From Blastocystis sp. Blastoise (taxonomy: Eukaryota; Protista; Bigyra: Opalinata), in contig JBBPEB010000021.1 of assembly GCA_039096225.1 (NCBI GenBank), positions 372,001 through 436,000 of the forward strand: a DNA stretch of 64,000 nucleotides, given 5' to 3'. Position 1 is the first letter of the stretch. Each line of letters begins with the position of its first letter. Under the pieces are notes generated by a model that saw only the letters and a program-made list of their open reading frames with translations, was not told the origin of the DNA and did not search any database. Below are positions 28,845 through 51,114 of the stretch, piece by piece. Made by a program: the position numbers and the translations under genes.

Positions 28845-30672
28845 TCAAGATTGACTCTGAAACATTACTAAAAGTAGATAAATTAACAAAAAGTAGAAAA
28901 AAACATCACCAAAAAAATCAGATAAAACACTATTTGAAATGAAATTAGAATTATAATCGTTATTTTCACTTTCATTTGCTATTGATTCATTATCATCTGC
29001 AATTGTTATTGAAGAATCATTAATTGTAGTATCTATTTCATCTTCAATAATCATTGAATCATTTTGAATTGAAACATTATCTGTTTGTGGATTCATATAA
29101 AAAAATAAATCTCTAAATAAATTATCATCAGAATAACTAAATTTATTCTTTGTAAATAAAATATTCATAAAAGAGAAAGATCTTTCTACACTAACAGTAG
29201 TAGAAGGTAATTGAAGAATGAAAGGAATTATTTTAGAAATAGAAGGAATTTGTTTAAGAAGAGGAAAATAGAATTTTATCATTTGTTCTTTACTTATCAT
29301 ATTTTGATGAAAACATTCATTTTATTTCTTTTCATTATCAATAAAATCTTTCATTTTTGAAACACATAATAAATAATCTTTCTTCTCAATATTTGAAAAT
29401 TCAGATGAAGTGAAAGAAGGAAATGAAGAAGACATTAAGAAAGGATTGAAATATTTTACTTCATTATAAAATATCATTTGTTTCTTATTCATTGTTTTGA
29501 TTTCTTTCAATTTTAATAATGTATTCGTAAAACCTATATAATATAAATAAATAATAATAAATAATAAATATACTTTTCTTATATTCTTGAATAAATGAAG
29601 AATGAACATTTGATAAATTATTTTCTTTGCATATTTCATTCACTATCATAATTATATTATCTTTTGAATTCTTCAATTCTTCTTCAATTTCATCTATCAA
29701 ACTAGAAACATTACAACATTGAAAATTATCATTGGATAATAATTTTAATATTTCTTCAAACATTATTCCACTCTTCAAGAGAATCGACATTTCGATATGT
29801 AAAGAAGAAGATAATTGATTATCTTGAAGAATATTCAATATTTCTTTATCTTTATCACTTAACATATCCAATGTTTCTAAATATTCATAGAATGATTTCA
29901 AATATTTAAAATGTTTCAAAATATATCTTAAAGATTTATACCAAGATATCCATCGTGTTTCGACATATGAAAAGAAAGAAGAAGAAGGAATATTATTTAT
30001 CTTTAAAAAGGATAACCATAAATCATTTTTCTTTCTAAAGAAACGAAATGATGAATTAATGAGATTAATAAATGATTTAGTATTAATAAAACCATCTTTT
30101 AGTTTTTCAGCTACTAAATTAATCATATGCATAAAACATCCACAATAAATTCCATCACTAAAAATCGATTCATAATTATTACCAGCATTTCTCATAGTAT
30201 TACAATTATCAGTGTGAAACGATTTAAATTGTTTTCTTTTAATGTTCCATTCTTCTAATGTATCTTGAATGATAGAAAGATAATTATTCGATTTTTGATT
30301 TTCCATTCTTTTCAAGTTTATTAAGTAGAAAGGTTCATTCAAATTGAAAGTATTCAATCTTCTTACGATTATTGATAAATAATTAGAACCAGCATCTGAG
30401 GTAGAAGAATCACATAGAACAGCTAGAGGACATTTATCTAAACTCATTTTTACATATTGAAGACGTTCATCATACAATTTAGGTATAATTCGTTTTTGAA
30501 TAGTATTATAACAAGGCATATTATTATTATTCATTTCAAATATATTTTTCAATTTCATTCTAAATTGAGGTTTCTTAAATTTATTAATAGGAATACATTC
30601 TTCCAAGAATAATTCTATTAATTTTTCAAATCTTATATAATTCACATTAGATTCAATAATTCTATTTTTAAT
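28845..30672 (-). pseudogene. 5'-truncated hAT transposase pseudogene
   Basis: Nearly identical to 33709-35543. GAA>TAA nonsense at 29322-29324, diverged C-terminus, truncated at 30672 by another element end. Confidence 0.88.
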
Positions 30673-30993
30673 TAGAGCGGTTTAAAAGTAGCGAAAAAGT
30701 TGCGACAAGTTGCGACAGTTGCGACACTTTTTATATGTTATTTATAAGCCATGTATTTATTATATTTTATATTTAAATATATAATTATAAAGATTATTTC
30801 ATGATGATTACATAAATAATTTTTAAATAAATTTAGAAAAAGTCTAATTACCTTAATAACCGTTTTAAACACTAAAAATTGAAATTTTTAAATTTCATAA
30901 GAAAAATTCATTAGATAAATATATAAATTTTTACTATATTTGTATTCTTTTAACGATTTTTTAAATATTATATTATTTTTATACTATCAAAAT
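30673..30993 (-). mobile_element. Truncated right end of a non-autonomous hAT-family element
   Basis: Starts TAGAGCGGTT with GTTGCGACA repeats; similar to the reverse complement of ~31872-32194. Confidence 0.8.
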
Positions 30994-32194
30994 CAGAGCG
31001 GTTCAAAAGTTGCGACAAATCGAGTTGCGACAAATTTCACAACTTGTCGCAACTTGTCGCAATTTGTCGCAACTTTTTTAACCATGAATAATGGCGAGAG
31101 TACCGTGATTATTTTATTAATTTGGCAATTAAAAATGACTTGTTTAAAGAATGAATTCAGTGTCGCAATTTGTCACAACTTTGTCACAACTTTTCATTTA
31201 AACATTTATTTAATTAATATTTTATAGAATACAATATTTCATTATATGAACTAAGTAGTGATGAATATATATACCAAATTTCATTTTATAAAAATGAAAA
31301 GATCATATGAAATGAATTAAAGAAAGAATTCAAAATATTTTGAATAATTTTTTTCCAGTCAAAAAATTGATTTATTTACGGGATAAAACTATTTTTGACT
31401 CATTTTTGAAGTTCATTTTTTAATGACAATTCAAATGAATTTCAATTTTCTTTTCTTCGCATTATTTATCCATTTTCAATTGAAATCATAGTTTGTATTA
31501 TTTATAGTATTTAATAATGTGAATGATTTCATTAATACATTGATTTTAGATCTTTTTGAAATGATTTATTTTTTATCAACTCATTTTATCATCTAATTAA
31601 GCATAATATATTTATAATTGACTCTTAATTATCATATAGATACATATTTATATCATAATGATTCATTATATGATGTTTAATGAAGAATGTTAAAAATTGA
31701 ATTTTGATGAAATGAAATTATTTGAATATATATGTTATCAATAACTCATTATTAGTTCATTATGAAGAAATGAATCATTTTAAAAATACTTTTTATAGTT
31801 AATGAGTTCATTTTATCTTCAATGAAGCTTTTATGACATTCAATTTTTCACTTTTTATATTTAATAACATTATTTTGATAGTATAAAAATAATATAATAT
31901 TTTAAAAATCGTTAAAAGAATTAAAAAATGATTAAAATAAGTATATTTATCTAATGAATTTTTCTTATGAATTTCAAAAATTTCATTTTTTTTGTGTTTA
32001 AAACGCTTATTAAGAGTATTAAACTTATTATTAATTTATTTAAAAATGATTTATGTAATCATCATGAAAATATCTTTATAATTATATATTTAATTATATA
32101 ATATAATAAATATATGACTTACAAATGAGATATAAAAAGTATCACAACTGTCTTAACTTGTCGCAACTTTTGTCGCAACTTTTGAACCGCTCTA
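30994..32194 (+). mobile_element. Non-autonomous hAT-family element (~1.2 kb)
   Basis: (C)AGAGCGGTTCAAAAGTTGCGACA...TGTCGCAACTTTTGAACCGCTCTA termini. Left ~200 bp resembles the autonomous copy. No ORF and no matching TSD. Confidence 0.82.
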
Positions 32195-32202
32195 GATAAG
32201 AT

Positions 32203-32604
32203 ATTCAATTTTTCACTTTTTATATTTAATAACATTATTCTTATAATATAAAAATAATATAATATTTAAAAAATCGTTAAAAGATTGTTAAAATGATTAA
32301 AATAACGATATTTATAGAATAAATTTGACTTTTAAAAATTCAATTTTTAGTGTTTAAAACGCTTATTAAGACTATTAAACTCATTTTTAATTCATTTAAA
32401 AATTATTTATGTAATCATCATGTAAATCTCTTTATAATTATATATTTAAATATAAAATATAATAAATATATGGTGTACAAATGAGATATAAAAAGTGTCG
32501 CAACTTGTCGCAACTTGTCGCAACTTTGTCGCAACTTGTCACAACTTTTTCGCAACTTTTGTCGCAACTTGTCGCAACTTTTGTCGCAACTTTTGAACCG
32601 CTCT
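32203..32604 (+). mobile_element. Additional right end of the non-autonomous hAT-family element
   Basis: Repeats ~31838-32194 and ends GAACCGCTCTA after a longer TTGTCGCAAC array. Confidence 0.8.
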
Positions 32605-32755
32605 AAATATATATTAAATATTTTTTTCATAACTCTTCAACATTATGGAATGTGCTCATCAACAATGCTTTCTGCGAAATCAAGCAATATTTTTTACTCT
32701 TATGTTGTATAGATTAGCAATTTCTGGAAATAAATTAGCTACTCAATATCTTATC

Positions 32756-35751
32756 TAGAGCGGTTCAAAAGTTGCGACAAATCGAGTTGCGACAAATTTC
32801 ACAACTTGTCGCAACTTGTCGCAATTTGTCGCAACTTTTTTTACCCCGAGTATATCGAGAGTCCCGTGATTATTTTATTAATTTGGCAACTAATTAAGAC
32901 TTGTTTAAAAAAAGAATTCAGTGTCGCAATTTGTCACAACTTTGTCACAACTTTTCATTTAAACATATATAGACCTATTTTACATTTATATAAAATATGA
33001 TAATTTATGAAATTCATAGTGGTGAATATAATAAGCATCAAGAATTATTTAAATACTTAATTCAAACAAAGAAAAACATTAAAAATACTTTTCAAAAAAT
33101 CATGAATATTTTTTTTACAGTCAAAAAAATGAAATATTCACGGGAGATTATTAATTTTCAGTCATTTTAAAACGTATAAATAATTGAAAGAAATCATCTC
33201 ATTTTCATTAATTTATATTTCTATATAAATCGTTCTTTCAATATAGATTCATTCATCTATTCATAAAGTCTTCTTTAATACTCATTTCTATCAATAAAAT
33301 ATCATTCTAAGAATCAAAAGAAGTATATATATGTATTCATCATTCTTAATTATCTTTAGATATGGTTAAAAAAACAATGAAACAATCTAATAATCATAAA
33401 GTGAAAAGAAAAGAAAAGAAGAAGTCTTCATCTACTAAGAAAAGTGAGAATGTTAGAACGAGAATCTACAAAATGAATCCAATAAGTCGTTTAACAAAAA
33501 TAAAATTATCATCAAGTATGAATGAAGAAGAAAAGAAATGTTTTATATCAAAGAATAATAATCTTCGTTGTATTTATTGTAATTGTATTGTAGATCATAA
33601 AAGATTATCTTCTATTAATAAACATCTCAATACTGATATGCATATTTCTAATATGAATTCATTCATGAAAGAAAAGTCTTCTACTGTACCTTCTATAAAG
33701 AAAACTAATATTAAAAATAGAATTATTGAATCTAATGTGAATTATATAAGATTTGAAAAATTGATAGAATTATTCTTAGAAGAATGTATTCCTATTAATA
33801 AATTTAAGAAACCTCAATTTAGAATGAAATTGAAAAATATATTTGAAATGAATAATAATCATATGCCTTGTTATAATACTATTCAAAAACGAATTATTCC
33901 TAAATTATATGATGAACGTATTCAATATGTAAAAATGAATTTAGATAAATGTCCTCTAGCTGTTCTATGTGATTCTTCTACCTCAGATGCTGGTTCTAAT
34001 TATTTATCGATAATCGTAAGAAGATTGAATACTTTCAATTTGAATGAACCTTTCTACTTAATAAACTTGAAAAGAATGGAAAATCAAAAATCGAATAATT
34101 ATCTTTCTATCATTCAAGATACATTAGAAGAATGGAATATTAAAAGAAAACAATTCAAATCGTTTCACACAGATAACTGTAATACTATGAGAAATGCTGG
34201 TAATAATTATGAATCGATTTTTAGTGATGGAATTTATTGTGGATGTTTTATGCATATGATTAATCTAGTAGCTGAAAAACTAAAAGATGGTTTTATTAAT
34301 ACTAAATCATTTATTAATCTTATTAATTCATCATTTCGTTTCTTTAGAAAGAAAAATGATTTATGGTTATCCTTTTTAAAGATAAATAATATTCCTTCTT
34401 CTTCTTTCTTTTCTTATGTTGAAACACGATGGATATCTTGGTATAAATCATTAAGATATATTTTGAAACATTTTAAATATTTGAAATCATTCTATGAATA
34501 TTTAGAAACATTGGATATGTTAAGTGATAAAGATAAAGAAATATTGAATATTCTTCAAGATAATCAATTATCTTCTTCTTTACATATCGAAATGTCGATT
34601 CTCTTGAAGAGTGGAATAATGTTTGAAGAAATATTAAAATTATTATCCAATGATAATTTTCAATGTTGTAATGTTTCTAGTTTGATAGATGAAATTGAAG
34701 AAGAATTGAAGAATTCAAAAGATAATATAATTATGATAGTGAATGAAATATGCAAAGAAAATAATTTATCAAATGTTCATTCTTCATTTATTCAAGAATA
34801 TAAGAAAAGTATATTTATTATTTATTATTATTTATTTATATTAAATAGGTTTTACGAATACATTATTAAAATTGAAAGAAATCAAAACAATGAATAAGAA
34901 ACAAATGATATTTTATAATGAAGTAAAACATTTCAATCCTTTCTTGATGACTCCTTCATTTCCTTCTTTTACTTTATCTGAATTTTTAAATATAGAAAAG
35001 AAAGATTATTTATTATGTGTTTCAAAATTGAAAGATTTTATAGATAATGAGAAGAAAGAAAATGAATGTTTTCCTCAAAACATGGTAAGTAAAGAACAAA
35101 TGATAAAATTTTATTTTCCTCTTCTTAAACAAATTCCTTCTATTTCTAAAATAATTCCTTTCATTCTTCAATTACCTTCTACTACTGTTAGTGTAGAAAG
35201 ATCTTTCTCTTTTATGAATATTTTATTTACAAAGAATAAATTTGGTTATTCTGATGATAATTTATTTAGAGATTTATTTTTCTATATGAATCCACAAACA
35301 GATACTATTTCAATTCAAAATGATTCAATGATTATTGAAGATGAAATAGATACTACAATTAATGATTCTTCCATGACAATCATAGATGATAATGAAATAT
35401 TATCAAATGAAAGTGAAAATGAAGAAAAAAATGCGAATTTCAATTCAAATAGTGTTTTATCTGATTCTCTTGATGATATTTTATCAATTTCTTTTGATAA
35501 TTTATCTACTTTCAGTAATGTTTCAGAGATCAATCTTGATTAAACTATTTCTTAACTTATTTATAATTTATATTTTATATGCTTTATTTATGTTTTCTTT
35601 ATTAAAAATTAGTTTTGTTTATAAAAATAGTGTTTAAAATGTGTCGCAACTTGTCGCAACTTGTCGCAACTTTGTCGCAACTTGTCGCAACTTTTTCGCA
35701 ACTTTTGTCGCAACTTGTCGCAACTTTTGTCGCAACTTGTGAACCGCTCTA
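32756..35751 (+). mobile_element. Complete autonomous hAT DNA transposon (~3.0 kb)
   Basis: TIRs TAGAGCGGTTCA...TGAACCGCTCTA, subterminal TTGTCGCAAC arrays, perfect 8-bp TSD ATCTTATC (32748-32755 and 35752-35759). Confidence 0.95.
33362..35543 (+). CDS. hAT transposase, two exons (intron 34809-34848), ~713 aa
   Basis: N-terminal Zn finger CIYC...H...H; DDE motifs LCDSST, TDNCNTM, SVERSFS; CFMH; TRW. Removing the 40-nt GT-AG intron joins the two ORFs in frame. Confidence 0.9.
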
Positions 35752-37489
35752 ATCTTATCAAATTATCAAAAATTCATACGGCTCTTAGAAGAGGAATTCA
35801 TTCAATTGGAGTGTGTTTCAATGAATTTTCATCAAATTTTGATGTTCCTAAATTGAATATGAAATTAGATCGAATTGATTTAAGAATACTTTCTTCTCTT
35901 CCTAAAGTATTGAATTCTACATTTGTGATTGATGGAAGACATCAATTATTTGGAAATATTTCTAATAATGGAATTGATGCTAAAGAATATTATTCTTATA
36001 AACGCAAGAAAACTGCATTGAATTCTCAATTTATTATCAATCACAATGGATATTGTGTTTATGTTAGTCCTGGACATCCTGCTTCTTCTCATGATGTAAT
36101 AATGTATCGAACATATAGAAATGTGATAATAAATGGTTTAAGAAATATGATTCATGATAAATATGGAGAAGATAATAATAGTACTAATGAAGAATTAGAT
36201 ATATATTAGCTGATGAAGGATATGTTGGAGGTGGAGATGAATTATTAACATCTCCTGGATCAAGTCATTCTTCAATTTCTTCTTCTTCTTCTCGAACTAA
36301 TAATAATAATTCTCAAAATATTTCTTCTAATCAAATATCTATAAATAATTCTCAAATTAATCGAAATAATAATAATTCTAATTCTAATTCTATTTCTTCT
36401 GTTTCAGAAAAAAATAATAATAATTCTCAAAATATTTCTTCAAATTCATCTAATTCTTCATCTTCTATTAATAAAACATTCAATAAACATCGATTATTAG
36501 TAGAAAATTATTTTGAAAGATTAACAAAGAAATTTTTGATTTGTTCACAAAGATTCGAAATGAAACAGGATACATATTACGATTACATAAAAGGATTAGT
36601 TTATCTAACAAATTCAACGATTGAAAGTAGTCATTAAGAAAAAATGAATCACTAATTTATAAAGTTTTTCTTAATGAAATGAAGCAAGCAAATCGAAGAC
36701 AATCTTAAAATCATTTAGAAGCTCAACATCGATATTTAAGAAATATGGGATTATCTACGAATATTCCTAGAAGTAGATCTTCTTCTCCTGTTATTCCTTC
36801 TACTTTTTGGAATGACAGTCAAGATTCAATTCTTCCTGGTCCTGTTAATTAGTATTTTATTTATTTAATTTATTTTTATCATTTCACTTGTTCATTTTAA
36901 TATGTTTTATATATTTTATTTTTATTCTTTATAATATATATAAATATTTATGTGCTATGTTTTTGACAATGATAAACAAATTATCTAATGTATTTGACTT
37001 TGAATGATTTCAATCATATTTACAAAATTCTTTGTTTGATCATTCTATACGTAATAATCGTTTTTATATTAATCAATCAATTTGATTGAAATCAAATCAA
37101 ATCAAATCAAATGTTACACTTTTTTCTTTATCAAACTGGTTTTATCAAAAAAAAAAAAATCTATTGTTTGAGTTTGATATGAATCAATTGAGTTGACTTT
37201 ATTATTTGAGTTTGATAATACTATTCGAGATTGATTATTTAGAAGGTTTACATTAATCATTCTCTTTGTATTATTTTCCTTCAGTTTGTATAGTTGTCCT
37301 CAATTAATCTATGAATTTATAAAAAAGTTTATTTATATATTTGATATGAATCAATGGATTTGACATAATTAAGTTTACAAATATTTTTCAAGATTATTGT
37401 CTCCTCAGAATAAATATAGTAATCCATCTTTTTTTAAATTTTTTTTTTCGATTTGATAATAATTGTCTCAATTAATATATGATTAAAAA

Positions 37490-38230
37490 ACAAATAATAT
37501 TTATAAAAATTAAATATATATCAATCATTTCTTGAAGACTTTATTTCTTTTTTTAATTCATTCGAAAATATAGAAACAAAGATTATTTATGATGTATTTC
37601 TAAAATCAAAAGTATCATTGATAATTAAAAGGACGAAAAATGAATACTTTCATAAGAGTATGGCTACTAAAGAACAAATGATTTTCATTTTTTAATATTG
37701 TTTCCAAAAATCATGTTATTTCTATTTTAATTTTCATTCTTCGATTACCTTATACAACTAAAAATGTTGAAACATCGTTTTAGTTTATAAGATTCTTTCA
37801 TTTATTAAAAGAGAATTCTTCTATTCTGATATAAATTTTTGTTTGCGATTTATTACATCATATGAAACCATGAATAGATATAATTTCACTTAAAAATGAT
37901 TCAATTATTATAGAAAGAAGAAATGTGTACTAAAATTGATGATTCTGTGAATAACAGTTATAGATGATGAATAATTTTGAAATGATTATGAAACTTTTCT
38001 TTATTATATAATTTGTATTCAAATAAAGTTTTATCTGATCCACTTGATGATTTATACATTTCGTTTTTATAATTTATCTACTTTTGGTAATATTTCAGAA
38101 ATCATTATTTTGCTTAAAAACATGTGTAATATATATATTATTTCTTAATTAAAAAAATTGTTATGTTAAAAATAAATATTATAAATAATAATCGCGACTT
38201 TTCACAGCTTTATATTGCAATTTGTAGACG
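37490..38230 (+). pseudogene. Highly decayed 3' portion of a third hAT copy
   Basis: Patchy similarity to 34920-35700, e.g. AAAGATTATTTA, TAAAGAACAAATGAT, AAAATGATTCAAT, GTTTTATCTGAT, ATAATTTATCTACTTT. Confidence 0.65.
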
Positions 38231-38475
38231 TCTCAATAATTATAAAAGGAATCGTTAAAAAAATTTAAAAACGTTTATATATAGTTAATTGTTTATATGT
38301 TTTTTACACTTCAACATGTCTACAAATGAATAAAATAATAGATAATTTTCATTTTTGTTATAACCTTTTATGTTGTATATTATATTTCAATGTTACATAA
38401 AACGTTTAAAACAATAAACTCTATTAATTTTAGTGTTTTGAAAAATAGTTTAAAAAATAAAAAGAATTAAAAATT

Positions 38476-38557
38476 CGACAACGACGAGATTCGAACTCGC
38501 GCACCCAAAGGGTATTGACTTAGCAGGCCAACGCCTTAACCACTCGGCCACGTTGTC
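38476..38557 (-). tRNA. tRNA-Ser(GCU)
   Basis: Reverse strand GACAACGTGGCCGAGTGGTTAAGGCG-TTGGC-CTGCTAA-GTCAA, long variable arm, GAGTTCGAATCTC, CGTTGTCG. Confidence 0.95.
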
Positions 38558-39789
38558 TATTATGATAATTGTGTTTTCCTACTGTATAACAGACTAGTCA
38601 ATTGTTTAGAGCTCTTCTATTCTATTGTTGTTTTGTAGATATTGGAATAGTCGTTTTTTATACATTATGATAATACTGTTTATTTGAAAATTATATAGTA
38701 AATTTTATTGTATTCCATAGTTTAAAATGTCATATTATTAAATTAAAAAATAAGCAATATTTTGTATTTAATGTTTTTTATATGTTTTTCTTTTGGGTTA
38801 CAAAAAAATATTACCTATATAAGAATATTAAAATTGAAAGAGTTGCTCTTTTTATATAATTTATATTGAAGAAAGACTAAATAAACCCATTAGAAAAAAT
38901 GTGTTATTGCTTTTTATCGTGAATAATATCAAAATCATAATACTGAGTCGAAATATAAGCACTAAATAATATATGTAATCTATATGAGGTAATGATCTTT
39001 ATGTCTCAAAATTCCAAATAAACTGGAAGTATATTTCTTTGACAAGGTTTGAATCTTATTTTATAGCCATTAATTTTGAGATTTTGAAAGACTAGGATTC
39101 TGTTTGAAGTTTTCACGTCAGAATATTCTCATTGCCAATATGTTTTTTCATGATCGTTAGGGCGCATTCTTTATTGAATGGTGGAGGATTCGGAGCAAAT
39201 TATTCTTAAGTTTTATGATTATTTGCCGTTTTCACACCTCATTGTCATTTTTTTATATTCATTAAAATAATGACTATCATTATTTTAACTTAGTAATAAT
39301 ACTATGTTGATGAATGAACATACTTATATATTTGAATTAATAGTCAATGAACACTTTTAAAGTGTGTTTCTAATTGAATGTTCATGATTGCTTTAAATAA
39401 CTCGTGTGATTTATTTTGATTAAATATATATGATAATTGTTATTTAAATAGATATTGATTATTTATATATAATGTAATTGTTGATTTATACATTAAAAGT
39501 ATTTAAAAAAAAAAAAAAAAAGAGAAAAAGTTAACACTATTAGAGAAATATAGATTATAGTTAAGACAGTAATAAATAATAATATATATTCTACTAATAG
39601 TTGTATATTCTAAATAAAAATAAACAAAACAATAAGCATAAAGTTCATATAATATTAATTTGTATTTTTTATTATTTGGAGAAAAAGTAGATATGTGATA
39701 TATATAAGACTTTCAAATGCAAGTCATAATATAATAAAAAGAGATTCAATATACAATTTTATATAAATATTTATTATCTAGATACTCAT

Positions 39790-43650
<3,861 letters not shown>

Positions 43651-43737
43651 ATTATCTACAGCAATGTAACTTAACTAAAAGACAGCTAAGAAAAAAAAAA
43701 TAATGTTGACAAAAACAATGATTAGAAAAAGCATTGA

Positions 43738-43782
43738 AATATCTGTCAAACGCGTATTGTTTTTTTCTCAAACGCGTATTTT
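43738..43782 (-). promoter_or_regulatory. 45-bp promoter block with two ACGCGT boxes upstream of PFO1
   Basis: Exact reverse complement of 46488-46532. Confidence 0.75.
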
Positions 43783-46487
43783 TATGTTTTTGTGTGTATT
43801 TTGTTTTTGGTTGAACTCAGTTGATATTTATTTTTTTTAAATAATTTTTTGCATAAACTCTTTTCTAATCTATCAGAGACTACTTCATAAATATGAAGTG
43901 TATACACATAATACACAATGAAAAATCAGTACACAAAGTTGCTCGTCTTATTTTATAGTACCAACTTTTTTAATGACAAGAGCGACTTATTAAAAAGAGT
44001 TAATCTAAAAAATATATAAGAATATGTTTATCTTCAAGAATATACAAATAATTTCCACTCAAATGAGTTTGAGCAAGTATCACTTGAATAATGTTCTTTC
44101 AAAATTAGTCTATTACAACATAAATGAGGTCTATATCGTCTGCAATTATTGTTAACGTATCTATCTTAAAAATTAGTAATATTTTATCAATAATTTAGTG
44201 CTAATTCTCATATTATTATCATTAAAAATCATTATTTGTTGGATATTATAATCAACCCTAAATCAAGACTAATATAAATGATAAAATAATCACTGAACAT
44301 TAAGAAATACACTACCTTTAGACACACAATTAACAACTGTTTTTTATAGTCTTATATATTGAGTTAACAATCCTACTCATAAAATAAATTAGTTAAAGAA
44401 ATAATATGTCAAGTTATTTATAAAATAATATCTATGTATAAACATATAATAAAAATTAAGAATAATGAAAAAGACAACAAAAAATTTCACACTCATTCCT
44501 TTACTCCATGAATATTCCTGATTACTGAAGTTCATAGAATGATTAACTAGTTTCTATTTTTATATATGTATAAAACATAAGCCGTGCTTATTTATATTAT
44601 TTATATTAAAATATTTGAAATTAAATTTAGTGTTTCAAAAAGAGGATTTTATTTTTTTTTTACATTTTTTATTGTTTTTCATAAAAACACTAACTAACTA
44701 TGATATTTTGATGGTTAATAATAAGTCACAGAGTATTGAAATTTTGGTATATTATGCATCTATCAATCTATATTATATATATAAACCTTGAAAACAATTA
44801 ATGAAATATTTATTGATTAAAGGGCACGATAACAATACCCTAAAAAGAGTTTTTAAAAAATGTATATTATGTCAAATATATATATGTTTTCTTTATGTGT
44901 TTATTTCTCTTTATTATATTTTTTGCAACTATAGTCGAATATCTATCATTTTTAAATAATTTAAAATTCTGAAATTCATTTATAATTTATATTACTTTAT
45001 TGTCAAAAAGTATGAAAAAATGCATTTCATTGTGTTGTATCATAATGTATTGATTCTAGAATTTTCACTATCATAATGTAATAGCAAGCATATAAACAGT
45101 TTGAAACTGCACATACTTTTGAATTTCTATTTTTCAATATGGGAAAAAAGAAAAAAGTGTAAAAAACTCAAAAAGCCATATACATATAATTTCTTTTGTG
45201 TTAATAAATACTTAAATATTTATATATAAATCTATATTTTACTAAATAGAGATACTTAACATTGTACTAATTTAATATATATAAACTGTTCCCAATCTAC
45301 CTGAAGAGATAGGTAACCTGACATTAATTAATAACAGAAAAAAAAACATTTTTTTCTGGCTTTTTCTTTCTTTTAGCAGCTTTCTTTATACCAGTAAGAA
45401 TTATTTGTTTTTCAAATATCATTTGAATATTTATATAAGAGAGTGTTAAATATATAAGAATATCTTTTTTTTTGTTTTTAATTCAATAATTATCAAGAAC
45501 TATCACTAAGTGTAACAACCCTTTTTTTAGAAAAACACTTTAACGTCAATTGAAAATGATTATTTTTCTCCGTAAGGAAAATATTAAAAAGATATTTATT
45601 AACATAATATTAAAGTTCACATAACATATATCTTATAACTATAAATTAAAATTATAAATAAATCAATTTGGTGAAACTAAACGCTTGCAAATCCATAATA
45701 AATCAAATTTTCTGTTTAGTGTTAATAAACTATGAAGAACTAATTTTTATGTTTTTTGCTTATTGTTGTAGTCAAAAGTATTTGGTACTCAAGAAAATAT
45801 AATTATTTTTAGTTTGATGATATTGGAAGTTAATCATTTTACAATTCAATAATTATAAAATATTTTATAATCTACAAAAATTATTATGAAAAATATTCAC
45901 GTCATATGCAACCTAAAAATAAAAATATGACTGCCTGAAATAAAAGACAGAAACCTGAAAATGAGAATTATGACATGACAAATATATTTATTGTTTTATT
46001 TATTTTATTAATTAGTTCAATCATTTAATCATAGTAAAATAGTTGAAATCAATTTGAGAAGAATCTGATTATTTATAATAGGGATTTCAACCCATTCAAA
46101 ATTTTATCTCATATATTTAGCTTTTAAGTCATTACAATATATTTAAAGTACTCTGTAGAAAGTAAATCATAATGAATTAAAACAAACGAAGAATATGAAG
46201 TTCAGTATCACGACCTAGAAGACAGTTTCAAAGACTTATTTGTCGACAAGATTATGTCAGAACTCATTCTCTATGTGTATTTACGAAATCAGAATGACCT
46301 AACAAAGTTTGATAGAGTACACCCTTGAAATGAATACAATTTGACTCTTATTTTTCTTCTTCATAAGGCACTAATGAAATATTTAATCATATGTTGTGTG
46401 TAATAGCACTGAAGCTTGACATAAAAAGTTATATAGCTAAGAAAAAAATATCACAGTTATTCTTTTATTTTAGAAAATAATCTTGAG

Positions 46488-46532
46488 AAAATACGCGTTT
46501 GAGAAAAAAACAATACGCGTTTGACAGATATT
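46488..46532 (+). promoter_or_regulatory. 45-bp promoter block with two ACGCGT boxes upstream of PFO2
   Basis: AAAATACGCGTTTGAGAAAAAAACAATACGCGTTTGACAGATATT. Confidence 0.75.
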
Positions 46533-46654
46533 CCGACGTGCTGACCATAATCTAAATAATTTTTTGGGGCAGGACATATTTGGTCATGACATTTTTTACT
46601 TCATACATTTTTTTTTCTGTGTTTTCAACAGTTTTATAGAAACTTTCACTTAAA

Positions 46655-50845
<4,191 letters not shown>

Positions 50846-51114
50846 ATATAAAAGGCTGATGTTTATTATGTAATTATGAAATCTATAGTATTATAAAATG
50901 TTCTATGAGTTTACTTTTTTATATTCTCCTATTAAATAAAAACTAAATGAAAATTATTCTATTGTTTTGTTATTGTTGTATAAAATCATATATATATATA
51001 TATACTATTATAATATAAAATAGAAACAATACAAATATTTTAAAATAGTTATTTTTTTAAAATTTAAAAACAGTATACTATGCAAAACTTCTATTATTAT
51101 TTAGTTTTGTTTAT

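Larger units (their letters stand above)
32605..36852 (+). pseudogene. PIF/Harbinger/ISL2EU-type DDE transposase pseudogene interrupted by the hAT insertion
   Basis: HTH-like TLMLYRLAISGNKLATQYL|IKLSKIH reads across the TSD. Then IDG, YSYKRK, SHD, LADEGYVG (after a frameshift at ~36200) and HRLLVENYF. Stops downstream. Confidence 0.75.

Noticed and set aside
32418-33000. ORFs rich in CRNLSQL / KSCDKLRQ
   Set aside because: Translations of the hAT subterminal decamer repeats.
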